From a virus, in IMG/VR virus record IMGVR_UViG_3300024503_000485, positions 1 to 64,000 of that record: DNA of 64,000 bases. One strand, given 5' to 3'. Below the pieces are notes generated by a model. That model saw only the letters and a program-made list of their open reading frames with translations. It had not been told where the DNA came from and ran no database searches. Below are positions 56,372-64,000 of this stretch, piece after piece. A program made the translations under genes and the position numbers. Positions within the stretch are counted from its first letter, which is position 1; each line of letters starts with the position of its first letter.

Positions 56372-57552
56372 TTTAGTCCTTTCAAAATAGTTTCTAGTAA
56401 TAGTAAATCGTTGTCATTAACAAAATGATTGTTTCCAATATAAACACCAACATCGTGTAATATGTCGGCATTATGAGGGCTGTCTGTTTCAATATTATAT
56501 TTTTTTAAAAATGGATGTTTTAATAAATTTCCACTTACTACAGGCCGATATTCGATGCCGTGTTTTTTAAATTCGTCTAATAGTGTTATATATGTTTCTT
56601 TACTTTTACAAATAAAAGGAAAACAGAAACTACTATTAGTTTCATCTTCTTTAGGAAAAAAGAATTTATCAGGATATTGTTTAATAATTTTTAAATATTT
56701 TTTAAAATTTTCTTTACGGATATGAATCATGCTATCCAATCTTTTTAGTTGTGACATACCTAAAATTGCAGGTAACTCATGATTTCTAAAATTATATCCG
56801 TCTGTCATAAACAGAAAACTAGGAGGCAAGTTTGGATATTCATCTTGATATTTTTTAAAATATTCGGGAGATCCTTCTCTAGCTAGACCGTGACTTCTTT
56901 TTAATCTCATCAATTCATATAATTCTTGATTGTTTGTGGAAATCATTCCTCCCTCAACGGTAGTCATGTGATGGCCGAAATAAAAGCTAAAAGTTGCCCC
57001 TAAAGAATCTGAACCTCTTTTTTTGTTATTAGGATCGCAAACACCGTGTGATTCGCAAATGTCTTCTAGTATGAGCGCATCTGGAAATATTTCTTTGTAT
57101 TTTTCTATTTCAGCATCTAAGCCCAACAGATGTGTGACAAATATTATTTTAATGTCTTTATGTTTATTTTTTAATTTTTTTAACTTTTCAACATCGTAAC
57201 TAAAAGTTGATAAATCAATATCTGCAAAGATTGGTTTAAATCCAGTTTGAATTACTGGGGCAACGTTTGTGACCCATGTACACGCAGGAACTAAAACTTT
57301 ATCCCCGTCTTTAAAATTATATAACTCTTTAATAGCAGATAATAATAATAAATTTGCTGTGCTGCCAGACGAAACAAATAAAGAATATTTAGAACCTAAC
57401 CATTCATTCCACTGAGCCTCAAATAATTTTACTTTTTCTCCGTTAGTGAATTTTTTTGAAGTTAAAATGAACTTGATCATTTTAAATTTGTCTGGCCAAG
57501 TAATTGTATCTTTCATTAAAGGCCATTTTAGTATTGGTGGTTTATTGATCAT
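56368..57552 (-). CDS. DegT/DnrJ/EryC1 family PLP-dependent sugar aminotransferase/3-dehydratase (ColD/E1-like, His in place of Lys)
   Basis: SSGSTANLL, DIDLST, and FSFYFGHHMTTVEGG. In the last block His occupies the usual PLP-lysine position, as in the sugar 3-dehydratases ColD and E1. Confidence 0.65.
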   Translation of the reverse strand: MINKPPILKWPLMKDTITWPDKFKMIKFILTSKKFTNGEKVKLFEAQWNEWLGSKYSLFVSSGSTANLLLLSAIKELYNFKDGDKVLVPACTWVTNVAPVIQTGFKPIFADIDLSTFSYDVEKLKKLKNKHKDIKIIFVTHLLGLDAEIEKYKEIFPDALILEDICESHGVCDPNNKKRGSDSLGATFSFYFGHHMTTVEGGMISTNNQELYELMRLKRSHGLAREGSPEYFKKYQDEYPNLPPSFLFMTDGYNFRNHELPAILGMSQLKRLDSMIHIRKENFKKYLKIIKQYPDKFFFPKEDETNSSFCFPFICKSKETYITLLDEFKKHGIEYRPVVSGNLLKHPFLKKYNIETDSPHNADILHDVGVYIGNNHFVNDNDLLLLETILKGLK

Positions 57553-58270
57553 GGTAACAAATTGCCGTATGGTTTATATAAATTTCCGAGTAGCCGCGAA
57601 GATGAAATTCTTCGCAAATAATTGAAGTATCGCAATCAAATTTTTTAAATCTTTCATTAAACCAGCCGTACCGTGCACCGTCCTGAAATGGTTTTGCATC
57701 AAATAAGCATACTCCGTTACATGTTGAATAATATTTTCCAAAAGGAGTAATATCCCAATCTTTATGTAATTTTCCTCTGTCTTCGTCGGCGTGTCTTCGT
57801 GTAGCCCAAACATCATATAATTTTCCGTTTGTTCCTTTTGAAACCATTGATACAATATCAACTTTTGTTAAATTATATGTTTCTTGAAAATTTAAAATTT
57901 TTTCAACATCTTGTAGATCAAATCTCATATCGGATTCAATATCTAATATATGATCTACATTGTTAAGAAAATTTTTTGCTTCGATTGCTTTATTTCTTGC
58001 TGCTGCTAAATTTTTTACACGCTGTTCATCTTTAACAGAATGAAAAAATTCTGTTCCTATATTTTCGCAGATAATAGAAAAATCTTTAGCGAAGGACCAA
58101 TCTAAATTATTCAATTTAATTTTGGTATCATCAGTTGAATCGTTTTCATACAAAGAAATATAAAAATTATAATTAGGAAAATGCTCAACTATTGATTTTA
58201 TTTGAGAATAATATTGTTCTATTTTTTGACTAGAATTTCTAAAAATAGTGTATATCAAAATGTTTTTCAT
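57542..58270 (-). CDS. putative GT-A-type glycosyltransferase
   Basis: YENDSTDDT is DxD-like. 242 aa. Confidence 0.35.
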   Translation of the reverse strand: MKNILIYTIFRNSSQKIEQYYSQIKSIVEHFPNYNFYISLYENDSTDDTKIKLNNLDWSFAKDFSIICENIGTEFFHSVKDEQRVKNLAAARNKAIEAKNFLNNVDHILDIESDMRFDLQDVEKILNFQETYNLTKVDIVSMVSKGTNGKLYDVWATRRHADEDRGKLHKDWDITPFGKYYSTCNGVCLFDAKPFQDGARYGWFNERFKKFDCDTSIICEEFHLRGYSEIYINHTAICYHDQ

Positions 58271-58314
58271 GAACTATTTATAAAATAAATATTTGGCATT
58301 TTAAGGATTAGAAT

Positions 58315-58962
58315 ATGTGGGTATTAGCAAGTCGCGGAAGACCAAAGAACCTAAAACGGTTTATTAAATGCTGGAAAGAAACTAAAGGATCAACTCCAGT
58401 TTATATTAGATTAGATGAATGCGATCCAGAAATTGAAAATTATAAAAAATTAAATTATCCAAAAGAATTTCATGTTGTAATAGAATCTCGAGCCAGGTTA
58501 GGACGGGCAATGAACGAGATGGTTGAAAGGTATCCAAACGAACCGTGGTATGGATTACTAGCAGACGATTTAATCCCACAAACTCAAAATTGGGATCAAA
58601 AACTTGTAATTGCTGCTTCTAATAATTTTATATCTCAATGTAATGATTTAACAAGAAAGCCACAAAACTGCTGTCATCCTTGTATAGGGGGAGATTTGAT
58701 AAGAAAAATTGGATGGTTTGCTTTACCTGTATGCACCCATTATTGTGTTGAACTTCCTTGGAAAGAGCTTACTAAAAGAAATCCAGAAATTTTAAAATAT
58801 CTTTCAGATGTAGTTGTTGAACATGCGCATTATCGATTTGACAAAGCTGAATTGGACAACACATACAAAGAGTTAAAAACTTTAAAACATCCTGACCACG
58901 AAATTTGGGATCAATGGAAATTACAACATCTTGACGAATTTTGTATCAAGGCGTTGAGCTAA
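58315..58962 (+). CDS. hypothetical protein (possible glycosyltransferase-like)
   Basis: WYGLLADDLIP segment. 215 aa. Confidence 0.35.
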   Translation: MWVLASRGRPKNLKRFIKCWKETKGSTPVYIRLDECDPEIENYKKLNYPKEFHVVIESRARLGRAMNEMVERYPNEPWYGLLADDLIPQTQNWDQKLVIAASNNFISQCNDLTRKPQNCCHPCIGGDLIRKIGWFALPVCTHYCVELPWKELTKRNPEILKYLSDVVVEHAHYRFDKAELDNTYKELKTLKHPDHEIWDQWKLQHLDEFCIKALS

Positions 58963-59755
58963 AAAACAACTCAATATTTCTATCTTTATTATTGATGTTG
59001 TTAACTTGTTTTAATAATTCTAAATCAATTCCTAGACTAGACGCTTCTGTTTGAATAGCACTAATATCTTTTGGAAAGCATATGCCACCCCAACCAAATT
59101 TTCCATCTGGTCCGGGAACATTTAAATGTGTATAACCAATTCGATCATCATAAATGGTTAGATCTTTTAACGATTCAAAACTTACATTCTCTGCCTTTGC
59201 TAACTTATAAAATTCATTCATAAATGTTACCTTAGTGGCAAGGTACGCATTCATCATATACTTGTATAAGGCAGCAGACTTAATATCAGTAACTAAAAAT
59301 TGCCTGTGGACTAGAGGAACACCTGATCGAATAACATCTCTAGCAGTAACACATAATTCTCCGTTACCGCCTAGAATAAAATATCTACTATTTTGATAAT
59401 CGGCGCTAGCATTAGCCGCAGTTAAAAATTCTGGGCAATGAATTATTGAAGGATATTCTTTTAAAAGTTGATTGTATATGCTAGGAGTTGCTGTCGATTT
59501 GCATATTAACGGTATTTTTTCGCTAATGCCTGCATTATATAATTCTTTTAAAACCTGTTCAAGAATAGAGGCATCACAACTACCATTGTCTAAAGCTGGA
59601 GTTGGAACACAAATAAAGATTCCGTCGCAATCTAAGAATTTTTCATAGTCGGCACTATCTTCAAATTTTGGATCTCGAACTACTCTTTCATCATTACGAT
59701 GTGCCCAATAAATTGCTTCTCCAACAAAACCTAGACCAATAATTCCTATTTTCAT
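58946..59755 (-). CDS. nucleotide-sugar dehydrogenase-like Rossmann protein (short)
   Basis: MKIGIIGLGFVGEAI is a UDPG/GDP-Man dehydrogenase-type N-terminus. At 269 aa it is shorter than canonical enzymes. Confidence 0.45.
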   Translation of the reverse strand: MKIGIIGLGFVGEAIYWAHRNDERVVRDPKFEDSADYEKFLDCDGIFICVPTPALDNGSCDASILEQVLKELYNAGISEKIPLICKSTATPSIYNQLLKEYPSIIHCPEFLTAANASADYQNSRYFILGGNGELCVTARDVIRSGVPLVHRQFLVTDIKSAALYKYMMNAYLATKVTFMNEFYKLAKAENVSFESLKDLTIYDDRIGYTHLNVPGPDGKFGWGGICFPKDISAIQTEASSLGIDLELLKQVNNINNKDRNIELFFSSTP

Positions 59756-60207
59756 AGAGTAGCATCTTCCAGGCCAGCTGTTCTTAATTTAACAATGTTA
59801 GATAATTGCCATTGCTTGATGTCAAGACCTTTAATGATACCTAACCATTTGTTACGTAGCAAAGCAAAGTCATTGATAATTTTTTCAAAGTCTACAACGT
59901 CGGCTTCGCCCTCTACAAATTTTTCACAATCTCTAGAGGACAAAGCACGTTGATAGTTTTCAAGGTACTTACGAAAATGTTGACTTCGAAGTCTACGAAG
60001 TTCAATATTAAGATATTCGAGAATTGCTTCAATTTCTTGAAGCTGATTGAATCGATTTTCAACAATGCCGGGCATACTGGCAGCGGCCTTTTCAATATTT
60101 CCCGCTATGCGAGCATCATTCTTTGCTGCCAATAATTCAGCCTCATAGTATGCCACTGCATCAGGGATATTTGAGATGTCCTTTGAAACTCGATCATACC
60201 AATTCAT
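59752..60207 (-). CDS. hypothetical protein
   Basis: 151-aa ORF. Confidence 0.4.
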   Translation of the reverse strand: MNWYDRVSKDISNIPDAVAYYEAELLAAKNDARIAGNIEKAAASMPGIVENRFNQLQEIEAILEYLNIELRRLRSQHFRKYLENYQRALSSRDCEKFVEGEADVVDFEKIINDFALLRNKWLGIIKGLDIKQWQLSNIVKLRTAGLEDATL

Positions 60208-60441
60208 TTAATCCTCATCTTCGTAATATTCATCTTCTTCTTCGATCTCTTCGCCATCAATAGCATATTCAATAGCTGTGTCTAAATATGGATCTACGCC
60301 TAGTAGACTATCTAAAACACTTTCTTTAATACCATAATCTAACAATGTGTTAACAAAGTCAGCGGCAACGTCTTTGCGTTGTTTTTCAGGAATATGCTCT
60401 ACAACAATTGACCATAAATCTGCAATTAAATCTTCTTTCAT
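60208..60441 (-). CDS. hypothetical acidic small protein
   Basis: 77-aa ORF. Confidence 0.4.
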   Translation of the reverse strand: MKEDLIADLWSIVVEHIPEKQRKDVAADFVNTLLDYGIKESVLDSLLGVDPYLDTAIEYAIDGEEIEEEDEYYEDED

Positions 60442-61517
60442 TCTACGCTCTCCGGTTGGGATTCAATATTTGTAGTTATCTCAGAAACGGATTTTTCACC
60501 GTTTTTGATGATGTCGGACATAATTGCATCTAGCCCACCGTTTTCGTTTCTTTCCCAAGCCTTGCGGAATTGTTTGATAATTTCGCCATCGGCTGTTGTG
60601 TATACAAGGCTATTTCCTTCTTTCTTTAGAAGACCTTTTTCTTCTGCCAGATCTACCATTCCGCTATACGGATTCATACCTGTTTCATAAGGAATCTTTA
60701 CCTGTACACTTTCAAAAGGTTTTGCATAACGTGTTTTCATAATCTTACAAGCTGCACGAATACCTTTAACTTCTGAAATCTTGTTGCCGTCTTCGTCTTC
60801 TTTCAACTTTAACTTACGCATAGCAACAACAATAGAGCTTGCGTAGATAAAACCTTGTCCTCCACTGATTTTGTCATCTGGATCAAACATATCTTGACTT
60901 GCGTATGTGTGGTTAGTAGCAACTAAACCAATGTTTAAACTACCAAACATATTAACACAATTACGAACAAGTGCTGTAAGTGCTTTAGGTTTACGGCCCA
61001 TGTCGCCTTTTAAATCGCCTGCTTCGAACTGATTAACATCTGTAGGAGTTAACAACATACCTAGTGAATCAAGTACAAACAGAACCTTAGGACGGCTATC
61101 TTCAGGCATTGCTTTATATTCAGCAACAAATTCTGTAATAGTTTTTGCTACATCGTCAATCATTGCCATATTAAGTTTAAGCAACTTATCTTCGCTAGTA
61201 TCAACACCAAGTGCTTTTAACCAATCTTCATCGAGAGCATTTTCTGTATCGATTAGGATTGGATAAATTCCTTGTGCCTGTGCTGCCTTAATAAGGTTAC
61301 CTGAACAGATATATGATTTACCTGCGCCAGATTCACCGGCGAATACCGTAACTTTACCTAGCGGTACACCTTTATTAAAATCACCGCTAATCAAATAATT
61401 GAGAGCGTAGTTACCTGTTGAGATCCAATCAGTAGGATCATTAAAGCCAATTGACAAGCCTTCAATAGACTTTGTAATTGACTTTCTAAATTTAGAAATA
61501 TCAAATGCTTTTGCCAT
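60438..61517 (-). CDS. uvsX: UvsX RecA-like recombinase
   Basis: Walker A GESGAGKS, LVATNHTYASQ and RecA-fold blocks. Start set at MAKAFDISKF, which has an RBS. Confidence 0.8.
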   Translation of the reverse strand: MAKAFDISKFRKSITKSIEGLSIGFNDPTDWISTGNYALNYLISGDFNKGVPLGKVTVFAGESGAGKSYICSGNLIKAAQAQGIYPILIDTENALDEDWLKALGVDTSEDKLLKLNMAMIDDVAKTITEFVAEYKAMPEDSRPKVLFVLDSLGMLLTPTDVNQFEAGDLKGDMGRKPKALTALVRNCVNMFGSLNIGLVATNHTYASQDMFDPDDKISGGQGFIYASSIVVAMRKLKLKEDEDGNKISEVKGIRAACKIMKTRYAKPFESVQVKIPYETGMNPYSGMVDLAEEKGLLKKEGNSLVYTTADGEIIKQFRKAWERNENGGLDAIMSDIIKNGEKSVSEITTNIESQPESVE

Positions 61518-61576
61518 ATTATGTTCCCTGTAGTGGTAAGAGAGTGCGGGTATTGCCCACACTCTTTACTTTATTA

Positions 61577-62557
61577 TTATTGACTTTGACGAGCGCGAAT
61601 CTTGGCAAGAATGTCTTGCGCACGACTAGCACCTTCTGCTGCCGGAGCACTTGCTACAGGAGTAGACTGAGCTGCCGGAGCACTTGCTACAGGAGTAGGT
61701 TCTTCGTCAACTTCTTCAGCAGGAGCACTTGAGCGAGCTTTGTTAGGATCGCCTGTTGCAGCACCCATGCCTGCTGGTTTGAAGTATTGACCCCAACGGT
61801 CCATGTCATATGCTTCGCCATTAACTGATGCTTCAAACATTTCTTTCATAACCTTAAGCTCAACATCGGTTGGCTTCTTAGGCAAGAAGTCTGACAAGTT
61901 AAACAAACCATGGGTATCAACTGCGGATTTTTCTGCATCGGTTAGAGCACGTTCACGACGGCTCCACTTACTTGTAGAATAATCAGCAAAACCACCTTTG
62001 CTTGTTTTTGCGATACGGAAATCTACACCGCGGAGGTAATCAGTTGGTAGTTCTTCCAACTCTGGGTCCATTAGTGCTGAACGAATGATTTGATAGATTT
62101 GAGGACCGATGATGAATCTGCGAATTGGATTCTCTGGTGTTTTTTCTTCTTTGAGAGCATCTTCAACAACAAAGCCTTGGAAGATATATGAACGCTTTTT
62201 CCAATATTTACGACCCATATCCTCTAATGATTTGTCTTTAAACCAACCACGCACTTCTGAAAGGATTGGACATACGGAACCATCGTTATACATTTCAACA
62301 CAGGGAACCTGTACTTGAACTTTACGTGAATCGGTTTCGCCTTTAATTCCTGCGAATTCCAATTTGATCATTGCACGTTCAACCCAGAAAAATGTGTTGT
62401 TAGAATTGCCATCTGGTAGGAAACGAACTACGGCTTCCTTGCCTTCTTGCATGTTCCAATGTGGGTAAATTGCGTTGTCGCCGCCGCTTGATGTTTGTCC
62501 TGTGGACTTTGATTGTGCTTCTTGAAGTTTAGCACGAATTTCTGCTAATGTTGCCAT
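61577..62557 (-). CDS. gp32: gp32-like single-stranded DNA-binding protein
   Basis: VRFLPDGNSNN...VQVPCVEMYNDGSVCP has T4 gp32-like N-domain and zinc-ligand spacing. C-terminal low-complexity tail with a duplicated TPVASAPAA. Confidence 0.65.
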   Translation of the reverse strand: MATLAEIRAKLQEAQSKSTGQTSSGGDNAIYPHWNMQEGKEAVVRFLPDGNSNNTFFWVERAMIKLEFAGIKGETDSRKVQVQVPCVEMYNDGSVCPILSEVRGWFKDKSLEDMGRKYWKKRSYIFQGFVVEDALKEEKTPENPIRRFIIGPQIYQIIRSALMDPELEELPTDYLRGVDFRIAKTSKGGFADYSTSKWSRRERALTDAEKSAVDTHGLFNLSDFLPKKPTDVELKVMKEMFEASVNGEAYDMDRWGQYFKPAGMGAATGDPNKARSSAPAEEVDEEPTPVASAPAAQSTPVASAPAAEGASRAQDILAKIRARQSQ

Positions 62558-62682
62558 TTTATAGCCTCCTTATGCCTTTAATGTAAATGACTTTATGCCT
62601 ATCGCATAACAACTATTATGCGCTTTTTATTTAGCAAGATCAAGTCCTTTCTAAAAATTTATTTCACCAAAAAAAATCCACT
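62558..62682 (-). promoter_or_regulatory. gp32 mRNA leader: hairpin plus unstructured A/U-rich stretch (candidate autoregulatory translational operator)
   Basis: mRNA-sense hairpin GCGCATAA-TAGTTGT-TATGCG, followed by AUAAAGUCAUUUACAUUAAAGGCAUAAGGAGG before the ATG. Confidence 0.4.
62650..62682 (-). terminator. rho-independent terminator (minus strand)
   Basis: Minus-strand stem AATCCACTC/GAGTGGATT followed by T8, downstream of ORF 62683-63087. Confidence 0.6.
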
Positions 62683-63087
62683 CTATGAGTGGATTTGGTG
62701 ATAACGAATCATAGCCGCTGTTCTTGCTAAAAATAATTTCCACCGGATTTCTTCAGTAATTAAACCTTCAGGATCATCCGGTGTTGGGTCTGTTTGAATT
62801 CTTTGTAGATCTTTTCTTCGATAAGATGTAATGATATCGTCAACTTCAATAATGTTATCTTCGCTGTCATCTGCAAATAAAACAATTTTGTGAGGATTGC
62901 CTGTAAAAATTTTAGGTTTTTGTATTTTGATAGATCTTGCAAGGACCGGTCCTTTTTTGATCGCAATCTGAGCTGGTGACTCTATAGTTGTAGGTCTCCC
63001 AAAGAGTTCTTTCCCATTGAGACTCGTATTTGCCTGGCTTGTCCCAATTAAACTCATCGCAGCTAAGATTACTGCTAACCTTTTCAT
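62683..63087 (-). CDS. secreted/periplasmic protein
   Basis: Signal peptide MKRLAVILAAMSLIGTSQA. Confidence 0.5.
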   Translation of the reverse strand: MKRLAVILAAMSLIGTSQANTSLNGKELFGRPTTIESPAQIAIKKGPVLARSIKIQKPKIFTGNPHKIVLFADDSEDNIIEVDDIITSYRRKDLQRIQTDPTPDDPEGLITEEIRWKLFLARTAAMIRYHQIHS

Positions 63088-63105
63088 TTCTAGTCCTCAT
63101 TAACA

Positions 63106-63402
63106 TTATTGACAAGTCCTTGTAAGTGTTACACTACCGTCTGGATTGCGCACTTCAGTCCAAGGACTACATACTTGTTGTTGCGTATAAACGGGCGGTT
63201 GTTGAATAACCGCTGGCGGTTGTTGAACAACTACAGGACGAGTTGCGGCATATACCACAGCACCTCCAACTACAGCTGGAACTACCCAATTCCAACCTCT
63301 CCCATGATGCATATGGTGTCCGCCATGATAGCCATGATGTGGACCTGCTTGCGCACCAAAAGCAGATAAACCAATTAAACCTGCAATTAAGAGTTTTTTC
63401 AT
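63106..63402 (-). CDS. secreted His-rich small protein
   Basis: Signal peptide MKKLLIAGLIGLSAFGAQA, then GPHHGYHGGHHMHHGRGWNW. Confidence 0.5.
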   Translation of the reverse strand: MKKLLIAGLIGLSAFGAQAGPHHGYHGGHHMHHGRGWNWVVPAVVGGAVVYAATRPVVVQQPPAVIQQPPVYTQQQVCSPWTEVRNPDGSVTLTRTCQ

Positions 63403-63467
63403 AAAACCCTCCTTGATATTATAGTAACGCCCCAATGCCAACTTTCGTTGACAAGGGGCAACTAAAA

Positions 63468-63641
63468 TTACTTCTTAGCTTCTTCTTTCTTAGCAGGAGC
63501 TTTTGGAGCTTCCTTAGCAGCAGGTGCTGGCGCAGATGCAGCTGGTTTGGCTTCTGCTTTCTTTTCTTCTTTCTTAGGTGCATCTGCAGCGAAAGCGGAT
63601 ACTGCAAATAATGATGCTACTAAAGTTGCTACTAGTTTCAT
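63468..63641 (-). CDS. secreted Lys/Ala/Pro-rich small protein
   Basis: Signal peptide MKLVATLVASLFAVSAFA, then KKEEKKAEAKPAASAPAPAAKEAPKAPAKKEEAKK. Confidence 0.5.
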   Translation of the reverse strand: MKLVATLVASLFAVSAFAADAPKKEEKKAEAKPAASAPAPAAKEAPKAPAKKEEAKK

Positions 63642-63737
63642 AGTAATTTCCTTTTTAAAAGCACAGACAATCAGTGCCTGTGTAATATTATAACGCATTA
63701 ATAGGACCGAACGTTGACTAAAAAGTTTAAATTATTT

Positions 63738-63770
63738 TGCCCAAAAGAAAGGGCACCTAAGTGCCCTAAC
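63738..63770 (-). terminator. putative terminator (minus strand)
   Basis: Minus-strand AGGGCAC-TTAG-GTGCCCT followed by TTCTTTTG. Confidence 0.45.
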
Positions 63771-63788
63771 TATTGTATTTTCTTTTTA

Positions 63789-64000
63789 TTATAGGCCTGC
63801 TAATTCTCTAACTCTTGCCAATTCTGCTAATTCAGGATTTTGTTCTGTTGATTGTTGTGGTGCCATTCTTTCTACAAATTTACGAGCAACTTGTTCTGCC
63901 TGCTCACCAAACTTCTTGCCTACCATTGTGCAAACACCCTCTGGGCCTTTAGGGAATGTATTAGATTCCTTATCATAGAAACTTGTGATAAACTCTGCAA
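63789..64000 (-). CDS. hypothetical protein, C-terminal part; continues beyond the window
   Basis: Open minus-strand frame ending ...ELARVRELAGL with its stop at 63789-63791. Confidence 0.4.
   Translation of the reverse strand, partial: AEFITSFYDKESNTFPKGPEGVCTMVGKKFGEQAEQVARKFVERMAPQQSTEQNPELAELARVRELAGL

Noticed and set aside
45505-63607. Other small antisense ORFs in the replication and glycan region (45505-45732, 46059-46304, 46103-46300, 46255-46482, 47528-47785, 51108-51335, 54217-54615, 54534-54728, 55383-55692, 57574-57861, 59913-60135, 60505-60690, 61505-61732, 62109-62318, 62760-63115, 63109-63369, 63419-63607)
   Set aside because: They overlap better-supported genes on the opposite strand. 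AT-rich sequence also yields spurious open frames.

Overview
This window reads as a virulent T4-like myovirus, probably marine, with two very different halves. The AT-rich part (about 30-38% GC) carries the T4-type replication and recombination core on the minus strand. That core comprises a gp32-like ssDNA-binding protein, UvsX, a gp41-type DnaB helicase, a gp61-type primase and UvsW; an ATP-dependent DNA ligase lies on the plus strand. It also holds typical marine-phage accessory genes: clpP, a prohibitin-like SPFH lipoprotein, a BI-1/YccA homolog, and seven or more paralogous 2OG-Fe(II) oxygenases. A roughly 11 kb nucleotide-sugar and glycosyltransferase island (48.6-59.8 kb) sits between uvsW and uvsX. 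It includes GDP-mannose 4,6-dehydratase, a DegT-family enzyme with a ColD-like histidine, and two paralogous transferase families. Embedded in this background is a GC-rich block of about 22 kb (about 11.6-33.4 kb, roughly 50% GC). It is packed with small early-type gene cassettes, each driven by a near-identical extended sigma70 promoter (TGGTTGACAAC-N17-TATAAT) with a stereotyped TAAGGAGCG RBS. The block also holds two tRNAs (Arg-UCU and Met/Ile-CAU), a 500-bp repeat-rich non-coding hub, and several repeated intergenic motifs. Candidate host-takeover factors in the block include a TraR/DksA zinc finger, a GcrA C-terminal-domain-only protein, an AAA+ ATPase, a MoxR(CobS-like)/HExxH-VWA pair and acidic mini-proteins. 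All calls rest on motif recognition by eye; no database searches were run. Many antisense ORFs in the supplied six-frame track are shadow ORFs and were rejected.
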